From the NCBI RefSeq assembly GCF_006345805.1, contig NW_021828656.1, positions 1 to 7,874 of the forward strand: a stretch of DNA of 7,874 nucleotides, in the 5' to 3' direction. The DNA comes from Octopus sinensis. Lineage: Eukaryota. The translations under genes were made by a program, and so were the position numbers. Under the pieces are notes generated by a model. The model was not told the DNA's origin, made no database searches, and worked only from the letters and a program-made list of their open reading frames with translations. Positions 1 through 7,087 of this stretch are shown one piece after another (the first letter of the stretch is position 1; every line of letters starts with the position of its first letter).

Positions 1-251
1 ATATATATGTGTGTGTGTGGGTGTGTAGCTATACATATGTACATACATGTGTGTGTGTATATATATATATATATCTATATATTATATACGTATATTTATA
101 TATATATTATATAATATTATATATATGTGATATATATATATATACATATATACACATATATATATAGTTATGGATACATCTATATCATATATATATATAT
201 ATATGTAGTTATGTATACATCTCTCTCTCCCTCTCCCTCTCTCCCTCTCTT

Positions 252-282
<31 letters not shown>

Positions 283-382
283 GTATATATATATATTTAT
301 ACATAGTTATGTATACATCTAGATATATACACATACACACACACATATACATATATATTATATATGATATATAATATATATA

Positions 383-420
<38 letters not shown>
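1..420. repeat. Compound microsatellite (TA)n/(TG)n/(CA)n with a (CT)n block at ~221-268
   Basis: Dinucleotide runs read directly from the sequence. Confidence 0.97.
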
Positions 421-424
<4 letters not shown>

Positions 425-613
425 CGCGCGTAATCTTTTGCTACTTTACCAGTTTCAGCAAAGGTAAGTAGGCGGATGTATATGCACGCATGTGTGTGTG
501 TGTGTTTGCGTTCCTGTTTATGAGTCTGTGTACGCGTATGCCCAAGAGAGCGTTTAAGAGCAGATTGAGACATTGATAGAGCTATCCATAGGTACGGTAC
601 GGGTGTGTACGCC

Positions 614-614
614 T

Positions 615-645
<31 letters not shown>

Positions 646-780
646 AACATACATATATATCTATATATATATATTATATATATATATATATTCATATATA
701 TATTATATTATATATATATATATTATACATATATATATATACGTATATATATACATTTATATATATATGTGTATATATAT
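614..780. repeat. Compound (TA)n/(ATATAC)n microsatellite
   Basis: Read directly. It explains the IY/YI-rich ORFs 573-857 and 605-868. Confidence 0.97.
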
Positions 781-1212
781 TAGTTATATGTTTTTTTCTA
801 TGTTGCGTGTGTGTTTTACTAATTATGAAATCCGAGCGAACTATAATAAGTTGCTAGACTTATTATAGCTTAAAATATAAGTTTAAATACGAAAGGTTTC
901 CAATGTAGTGTAACACATTTGGTAACGTTGCTGAAGATGAAGGCTTCAGTTTTCATGTACGAATTGAAAGGAGGAGAATACGCTCGAGTTGGCAGGTTTC
1001 GTATTGCCCTCACCAATATATCACTGAGGAGTTAGCGCTACAGCTCAACATGCTTGCAAAACGCTTGTGTGTAAAAACCGGTTTCAAATCTCGCATAAAG
1101 CTGATAATATGTCCCTTGTTGGTTGGCTAATGTTTCCTTTCTGTTATTTTATTTTTATTTTTTGTTTTTGTTTTAACTGGTTTTAGCTCTTGTCTCTGGT
1201 ATATCACGAATG

Positions 1213-1386
1213 AGGCCACCAGCTGGCAGAATGAATTGCACGATGAGGGAAAAAAATTGCTTAACGGCATTTCGTCCCGTCTTTACATTCGAGGTTCAAA
1301 ATCCGGCGAGGTATATTGCCCGTCATCGTTTTGAAGTTGATACAATAAGAACCAGCTAAGACCTGGGATCGATGTAAATAACTTAC
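1213..1386 (+). mobile_element. tRNA-derived SINE copy A1 (3'-truncated by the tandem duplication)
   Basis: Degenerate head aggccaccagctggcagaa, B-box-like ggttcaaaatcc, and central domain attgcccgtcatcgttttgaagttgatacaataagaaccag. Homologous to the intact copies at 4721 and 5794. Confidence 0.88.
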
Positions 1387-1552
1387 GGCACAACATGCTT
1401 GCAAAACGTTTGTGTAAAAACCGGTTTCAAATCTCGCATAAAGCTGATAATATGTCCCTTGTTGGTTGGCTAATGTTTCCTTTCTGTAATATTTTTGTTT
1501 TTTGTTTTTATTTTAACTGGTTTTAGCTCTTGTCTCTGGTATATCACGAATG

Positions 1553-1729
1553 AAGCGACCAGCTGGTAGAATTAATCGCACGATGAGGAAAAAAATTGCT
1601 TAACGGCATTTCGTCCGTCTTTACATTCGAGGTTCAAAATCCGGCGAGGCGAGGTAGATTGCCCTTCATCGTTTTGAAGTCGATACAATAAGAACCAGCT
1701 AAGACCTGGGATCGATGTAAATAACTTAC
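1553..1729 (+). mobile_element. tRNA-derived SINE copy A2 (3'-truncated by the tandem duplication)
   Basis: Paralogue of A1 within tandem unit 2. Confidence 0.88.
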
Positions 1730-2026
1730 AGCGCAACATGCTTGCAAAACGTTTGTGTAAAAACCGGTTTCAAATCTCGCTTAAAGCTGATAATATGACC
1801 CTTGCTGGTTGGTTAATATTTCCTTTCTGTAATATTTTTGTTTTTTGTTTTTATTTTAACTGGTTTTAGCTCTTGTCTCTGGTATATCACGAATGAGGCG
1901 ACCAGCTGGCAAGATAAATTGGTAGAGGAGAATAAAATGCTTATCGGCATTTCGTCCGTCTTTACATTCGAGGTTTCAAAATCCGGCGAGGTAGACTGCT
2001 CTTCATCGTTTTGAAGTCGATACAAT

Positions 2027-2611
2027 CATCATCATCATTGTTCGACCGTGGTCGAGACAATGGAATTTACTATGTTACGCCAGACTTCACGGTCCGTCAT
2101 AGCATTACAGAGGTCCTGTTGCTGGATGCCTGTATCCCTAGAGATTACATCAGAGTAGGAGAGTGTGCGCCCTCTGGAATCGCGAGTAGATGGTTTCCAG
2201 AGGAAAAGAGTGGAAATTGCCTACTTTTCAGCTCTACAACAATGTCCAGCAAACTGGACTCTCCTTCCTTTCACAAGAGATGACACAGGTGGTAGTTTCC
2301 CATATATTTGCATTTTGGTTGGATGACGCTTCCACGAGAGATTTTGAGCTCTCATGAGTAGGCGAGGGTAGGTTCCATCCAACCGCCTCTCAAGCTTCTT
2401 TGATAACGTCCAGGTTTCTGAGCCATATAGTAGAATTGGTTCGACTGTGGCTTTGAAGATTTTAAGTTTGAAATCTCTACTTAGATTTGATGACCAAATC
2501 TTATGCATATCATTACAGGCTGACCAGGCCATACCCTTTCTAGTTAGAAAATCTTTTTCAGATGATGATATGTATGACCCAAGATATTTGTAATCAGAAA
2601 CCATATTTAAG
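2027..2611 (-). mobile_element. 5'-truncated non-LTR retrotransposon (RTE/RTE-X-like LINE) 3' end with (TGA)n tail
   Basis: The minus-strand translation has YKYLGS, LLYGSETW and FAGHC motifs typical of the RT C-terminal region of RTE-type LINEs. It ends in tgatgatgatg and sits inside SINE A3 at a site that is empty in A1 and A2. Confidence 0.92.
2035..2610 (-). pseudogene. Disrupted C-terminal fragment of a LINE reverse transcriptase ORF
   Basis: Translates as LNMVSDYKYLGS...FAGHCCRAEK*AISTLFLWKPSTRDSRGRTLSYSDVISRDTGIQQQDLCNAMTDREVWRNIVNSIVSTTVEQ*. There is one in-frame TAG at 2221-2223, and the frame continues 61 codons to TGA at 2035-2037. Confidence 0.9.
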
Positions 2612-2712
2612 AATAAGAACCAGCTAAGACCTGGGATCGATGTAATTGACTTACCCCAGCCCAGAACTTGCTACTTTTGTGCCAAAATTTGAAAATCAAT
2701 ATATCACGAATG

Positions 2713-2924
2713 AGGCAGCAAGCTGGCGGAATCGTTAGAATGCCGGAGAAAATGTTTAAGGGCATTTCGTCCGGTTTTACGTTCTGAGGTAAAATTCCGC
2801 CGGGGTCGACATTGCCTTTTATCCTTTCGGGGCGTCGATAAAATAAATACTAATTGAGAACTGGGGTCGATGAAATCGACTTTCCCACTCCCACGAAATT
2901 ACAGTCAAAATGTGAAACCAATAT
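2713..2924 (+). mobile_element. tRNA-derived SINE copy B (same superfamily, independently diverged)
   Basis: Head aggcagcaagctggcggaatcgttag, central gtcgacattgccttttatcctttcggggcgtcgataaaataa, tail ...aaaatgtgaaaccaatat. Confidence 0.88.
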
Positions 2925-2934
2925 TTATAATCAG

Positions 2935-3192
2935 GTGGAGGCACGTGACTTAGTGGTTAGGATGTTGAACTCATAATCGTAAGGTTGTAGTTTCGATTCC
3001 TGGATCGGGCGATGCGTTGTATTCTTGAGCAAAACACTTCATTTTAACGTTGCTCCAGCTCACTCAGCTGCCAAAAATGAGTAATCCTGCGACGGACCAG
3101 CGTCCGTCCAGGTGGGGAATTTCTACGCCACTGAAACCGGGAAACTGGCCTTTATGAGCCTGGCATGGTTCAAGAAGGAACATTATTTTTTT
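2935..3192 (+). mobile_element. Second-family tRNA-derived SINE (CORE-SINE-like), copy C
   Basis: A-box tgacttagtgg (2946-2956), B-box gtttcgattcc (2990-3000) and CORE-like gttgtattcttgagcaaaacacttc (3016-3040). Perfect 13-bp TSD tatttataatcag at 2922-2934 and 3193-3205. The CORE assignment is from recalled consensus similarity. Confidence 0.88.
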
Positions 3193-3209
3193 TATTTATA
3201 ATCAGAATA

Positions 3210-3394
3210 AGGGAGCGAGCTGGCAGAATTGTTACTTAAAGGCATTTCTCTCGACTATACGTTCTGAGCTGACCTTGCCTTTTATCCTTTTGGAGTCGAT
3301 GAAATACGTAACAGTTACGCACTGGGGTTGGTGTAATCGACTAGCCCCATTCCCCCAAATATCAGGCCTTGTACCCATAGTAAAAAGGAATATT
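3210..3394 (+). mobile_element. tRNA-derived SINE copy D with internal deletions (B-box lost)
   Basis: Head gcgagctggcagaattgtta, central gaccttgccttttatccttttggagtcgat, tail ccttgtacccatagtaaaaaggaatatt. Confidence 0.85.
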
Positions 3395-3815
3395 TGTTAT
3401 CAGACTTGTGGTATAATTTCATGAAACTAAGCTAGGATTTCTTGTTACTTCTCATAAGATAAAGCTTTTGAAGTGAAGTGTGAAAGTGTTCTGGCAATGA
3501 GGCCCGGCTCATTCCTTTTAACTTCCATTAGCAAACTTTGATACCTTATCACACAGCGAACGATATCAACAGAGGTATAATTACAATAAAAATGAATTAA
3601 ATGATATACTCGCTCGGTTATCATAAAGTATCACATATTACTATTGTTTGTCACTGGTTATCAAGCATTTTCTGATCCACCTTGATTAATATAGCTGGTT
3701 GTTCGTAGATTATTATCGTTGACTGTCAGCAGAGGGTGAGATAAAAGATGAATCTCTTCCTATGGGATTTGAACTGGAATTGGGTAAGCGTGAAATTAAA
3801 TTTTCTTCATCATTT

Positions 3816-3817
<2 letters not shown>

Positions 3818-3858
<41 letters not shown>
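3818..3858. repeat. (CT)20 microsatellite
   Basis: Read directly. Confidence 0.98.
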
Positions 3859-3860
<2 letters not shown>

Positions 3861-3892
3861 TTTTCTCTCCGTTGTACAGTACATCGTCCGAT

Positions 3893-4510
3893 ATGTCCTC
3901 ACTTCCGACCACGACGCCGTGTTCTTACTTCCGTCCGAATAGCGTGTTCTCACTTCCGTCCAAGTGGCTATGTTCTCACTTCCGTCCAAGTGGCTGTGTT
4001 GTCACTTCCGTCCATATAGTGATATTCTCACTTCCGTCCAAATTTCCATGTTTCACTTCCGTCCAAATGGCCATGTTCTCGCTTTCGTCCAATAGTCATG
4101 TTCACACTTCCGTCCAAATAGTTATGTTCTCACTTCCGTCCAAGTGGCTATGTTCTCATTTCCGTCTATGTAGTGATGTCCTCACTTCCGTCCAAATATT
4201 CATGTTTTCACTCCCGTCCAAATGGCCTTGTTCTCAGGTCCGTCCAAATGGCCATGTACTCGCTTTTGTCCAAATAGCTATGTTATCACTTCCGTCCTTA
4301 CAATGATGTCACTTCCGTCCAAACAACCATGTACTCACTTCTGTCTATACAGTCAAGTTCTCACTTCCGCCCAAATGGCCATGTTCTCACTTCCGCCCAA
4401 GTGGTCGTTTTTACTTCCGTCCAAATGGCCATGTTCTCAATTCCATCCATAAAATCATGTTCTCACTTCCGTCCACGCCGATGTATGGATACACTCACAT
4501 CCGTTCATGA
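3893..4510. repeat. 26-bp minisatellite, ~23 copies, consensus atgttctcacttccgtccaaatggcc
   Basis: Units aligned by eye. The core cacttccgtcc is conserved and the 8-nt segment after it is variable. Confidence 0.96.
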
Positions 4511-4627
4511 CACCATGATTTCTGTTTTCTTTGAATCGTTTTTTTACAGCAAGTTCGATAAAAAGTTCCTAAGAACCTAACTCAACATGAATCCACATCT
4601 TGGAAACAAAAGTCTCAACGACAGACC

Positions 4628-5035
4628 TCACAAAACCTTGACCCAGCGCAGCCAATTCTAAAGGAGGTGAGAGATCACAATCAACTCCAGTTCTTGACCA
4701 GTACATTATTCACCTATTGAAAGGCGGCGAGCTGGCAGAAACGTTAGCACGCCGGGCGAAATGCGTAGCCGTATTTCGTCTGTCGTTACGCTGTGAGTTC
4801 AAATTCCGCCGAAGTCGACTTTGCCTTTCATCCTTTCGGGGTCGATAAATTAAGTACCAGTTACGCACTGGGGTCGATGGAATCGACTTAATACCTATGT
4901 CTGTCCTTGTTTGTCCCATCTATGTTTAGCCCCTTGTGGGTAATAAAGAAATAGGTACATTATTCCACCTATACCGAAAAGACGAAAGGCTAAGTTCCTC
5001 CAGTTCACCCCAGCGAGATATGAATTCATTGTAAG
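4628..5035 (-). mobile_element. Old antisense SINE copy H, interrupted by SINE E
   Basis: 4673-4710 (gatcacaatcaactccagttcttgaccagtacattatt) and 4974-4996 (ccgaaaagacgaaaggctaagtt) match the reverse complement of consecutive parts of the SINE body. 4628-4670 resembles the reverse complement of the A/B-type tail. Boundaries are approximate. Confidence 0.72.
4721..4954 (+). mobile_element. Young full-length tRNA-derived SINE copy E
   Basis: A-box tggcagaaacg (4733-4743), B-box gttcaaattcc (4797-4807) and central domain gtcgactttgcctttcatcctttcggggtcgataaattaagtaccag (4814-4860), which resembles the Meta/MESC domain as recalled. TSD gtacattattc(c)acctat at 4701-4717 and 4955-4972. Confidence 0.95.
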
Positions 5036-5277
5036 CCACTCGACTGCCATATTTAAAAATAACTGCGATTCATTAATTTCTTTAATCGATTTTTCTGTTG
5101 TTTCTCTCTTAATTTCTTTAAAATTAAATATTTCGATGCGATCATAATTGAATTTGCACTGAAATTAAAACTAGGAAAATTCTAGAAAGAGCAATATATC
5201 ATAAACTTTATTTTAGCGCATGTCTGAGCCATATTTAACTAACTCTTACTTTCTTATGGTCTTTGCTCTCTTTACAG

Positions 5278-5340
5278 CAGTGATTCTCAACAGGGGTCCT
5301 TAAGATTTTCGGGGTCCACACAAGGTTCCATTGTTCAAAT
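5278..5340 (+). mobile_element. Single terminus of a hAT (Charlie-like) DNA transposon remnant
   Basis: Begins cagtgattctcaac, resembling the hAT/Charlie TIR CAGTGGTTCTCAAC. The preceding 8 bp, ctttacag, fit the nTnTAnAn target preference. No partner TIR was found in the window, and the right boundary is uncertain. Confidence 0.5.
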
Positions 5341-5379
5341 TTATACACAATACACAGAATAAACTATGCTTATAATTTA

Positions 5380-6131
5380 CCGTAAATCTTCGAGTATAGT
5401 CCGCCCTTGAGTATAATACGCAGGAGATTTTTAGGGGGCTGTACCGCTGAAAAACCTAAACCTTGTGTATAATATGCACCCCTTCTCTAACTTGAGTCAA
5501 GGAGGTCGATATAACATCCTTGGTTTGTAAAACTGTATACGGTAACGTCCTTTATTATTATTGTATATATAACATAATGCAAACGTGTAGCTTTTTTGTG
5601 CATTTTGTTTTGCAGAAAATAAAGAAATAACAGTAATAACGTTTAATAAATGTTACTTATTGCAAGTTATGGATGATTCTTTTATGACTTCATTGCTTTC
5701 AGGCTTAGCTTAAGGTATTTTAGCGCCCGACATCACAAAATGCGTCTGAATAAACATAGCCAGACAGCAAATAGAGACTCGGACATTGCTTAGGAGAGCT
5801 GGCAGAAACGTTAGCACGTCGGGCGAAATGCTTAGCAGTATTTCGTCTGCCGTTACGTTGTGAGTTCAAATTCCGCCGAGGTCGACTTTACCTTTCATCC
5901 TTTCTGGGTCGATAAATTAAGTACCAGTTACGCACTGGGATCGATGTAATCGACTTAATACCCATGTCTGTCCTTGTTTGTCCCTTCTATGTTTAGCCAA
6001 TTGTGGGTAATAAAGAAATGGGACATTGCTTAGAAAATATTTTTCATTTTTAACCTTGTATATAGTACGCAATAGGGATTTTGACCTTTAAATTTTGGGA
6101 AAAAATGCGGATTATACTCGAGGATTTACGG
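5380..6131. mobile_element. Non-autonomous Tc1/mariner-superfamily element (MITE; pogo/Tc2-like TIR)
   Basis: 26-bp TIRs ccgtaaatcttcgagtatagtccgcc (5380-5405) and tgcggattatactcgaggatttacgg (6106-6131) match at 23/26. TA flanks both sides (5378-5379, 6132-6133). No transposase ORF. Length is 512 bp after removing SINE F and one TSD copy. Confidence 0.92.
5794..6020 (+). mobile_element. Young tRNA-derived SINE copy F inserted in the MITE
   Basis: Roughly 94% identical to copy E by eye. Perfect 13-bp TSD ggacattgcttag at 5781-5793 and 6021-6033. Confidence 0.95.
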
Positions 6132-6133
6132 TA

Positions 6134-6215
6134 AGACTCTCGCACAAGGTGCATCACAAAGGAACTGAAACCGAAACCATGTGTTTGAGAAATAATCTTT
6201 TTAACCAGTCACGCC
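6134..6215 (-). mobile_element. 5' head fragment of a degenerate tRNA-derived (CORE-like) SINE, copy G
   Basis: The minus strand reads gcgtgactggttaaaaagattatttctcaaacacatggtttcggtttcagttcctttgtgatgcaccttgtgcgag. This contains A/B-box remnants and the start of a CORE-like accttgggcaag motif. It abuts the MITE right end. Confidence 0.62.
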
Positions 6216-6264
6216 AGAAGACACACAAATTGTCGAGCGAAGAGTAATGCGCGACTGGAACTGT

Positions 6265-6302
6265 GTCTCAGTGTATAACTGGTATTTAATCCATTGACTC
6301 CC
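6265..6302 (-). mobile_element. Short degenerate antisense fragment of the SINE central domain
   Basis: gtctcagtgtataactggtatttaatccattgactccc resembles the reverse complement of ggggtcgataaattaagtaccagttacgcactggggtc from copy E, with CpG-decay-type changes. Confidence 0.6.
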
Positions 6303-6438
6303 CATTATATCGAAAACAACGAATAGGATTAGCAGCGGAATTCACACTCGAATCACTCCGCGACTCGATTTGCTAGAAATAAGAGCCAGACTCGTCATCA
6401 CACTGCGTTTTGACGTGCTATAAACAGCTGAATACAAC

Positions 6439-6496
<58 letters not shown>

Positions 6497-7042
6497 GGCT
6501 GCTGCTGCTGCTGCTGCTGCTGCTATAACTACTACTACTACTGCTGCTGCTGCTACTACTACTACTACTAATAAAAATAATAATAATTACTGTTATCACT
6601 ACAATTACAACTACCTATACTACCACCACCACTACTACTACTACCTATACTACCACCACTTGTACTACTTATACTACTACTATTTCTACCACCACCACCA
6701 CCACCAGTATTACTACTTCATCCGCTGCTACTACTATAACTACTACTATTTCTAGTACTGCTACTATCAATGCTACTACTACATCTATCACCACCACCAT
6801 GATGACCACTACCGCCTATACTACTACTACTGCTCCTAAAACTACTACTACTAATACGACTACAACTACTACTACTGTTACTACTACTACTACTAATACT
6901 TCTACGACTACAACTACTACAACTAATACTACTACTGTAGCTACTACTACTACTGTTACTACTACTACTACTACTACAAGTACTACTACTACAAGTACTA
7001 CTACTACTGCAGCTATAACAACTACTGTTACTGCTACTACTA

Positions 7043-7083
<41 letters not shown>

Positions 7084-7087
7084 ACTA
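6439..7087. repeat. Long compound trinucleotide microsatellite (ACT)n/(GCT)n/(ACC)n
   Basis: Read directly. It explains the poly-Thr, poly-Ser and poly-Val ORFs. Confidence 0.97.

Larger units (their letters stand above)
1039..2654 (+). repeat. Tandem triplication of a ~345-bp unit (unique spacer + 5' part of a SINE); the third unit is interrupted by a LINE
   Basis: The marker caacatgcttgcaaaacg recurs at 1046, 1391 and 1734 (periods 345 and 343). Unit starts are tac at 1039, 1384 and 1727, and the terminal tac is at 2652-2654. Confidence 0.97.
1896..2699 (+). mobile_element. tRNA-derived SINE copy A3, full length, split by a LINE insertion
   Basis: Head at 1896, body to 2026, resuming at 2612 (aataagaaccagctaag), with tail ...gtgccaaaatttgaaaatcaa. 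Flanked by the 13-bp direct repeat tatatcacgaatg (1883-1895 and 2700-2712). Confidence 0.88.

Noticed and set aside
358-868. ORFs 358-573, 573-857 and 605-868
   Set aside because: Translations of (TA)n/(CA)n microsatellites with no protein-like content.
931-949. CTGAAGA as a second hammerhead box
   Set aside because: It forms only a simple hairpin (ctgaag...cttcag). No correctly placed stem II-GAAA-stem III-NUH follows.
1170-1205. Triplicated 12-nt microexon (ttttag-ctcttgtctctg-gtatat) in the tandem units
   Set aside because: The donor is weak and there is no independent support.
2027-2100. The local LINE as the mobilising partner of the neighbouring SINEs
   Set aside because: Its 3' end shows no similarity to any SINE tail in the window.
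1813-2283. ORFs 1813-2025 (-) and 2011-2283 (+)
   Set aside because: Antisense readings of SINE A3 and of the LINE fragment.
2935-3010. tRNA gene (also at 4721-4810 and 5794-5880)
   Set aside because: A/B boxes are present but there is no complete cloverleaf. Each is followed by a SINE body and flanked by a TSD.
3893-4510. CRISPR-like appearance (conserved repeat plus variable segment)
   Set aside because: The variable parts are only ~8 nt and related to each other, there are no cas genes, and the context is eukaryotic.
3748-4580. Five overlapping ORFs across the (CT)n tract and minisatellite
   Set aside because: The 26-bp unit is not a multiple of 3, so the same peptide motifs cycle through all frames.
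4550-4666. 117-nt candidate exon (ttttttacag ... gag/gtgaga) with a 24-aa ATG ORF at 4587
   Set aside because: All three frames contain stops, and the donor lies in the tail of antisense SINE H.
4710-4919. 69-aa ORF on the minus strand
   Set aside because: Antisense translation of SINE E.
5365-5379. Continuation of SINE G on the left side of the MITE
   Set aside because: Only about 12 weakly matching bases, which is insufficient to show that the MITE split this SINE.
6411-6430. TGACGT + TATAAA + CAGCTG promoter-like cluster
   Set aside because: Short motifs expected by chance in AT-rich DNA, with only a microsatellite downstream.
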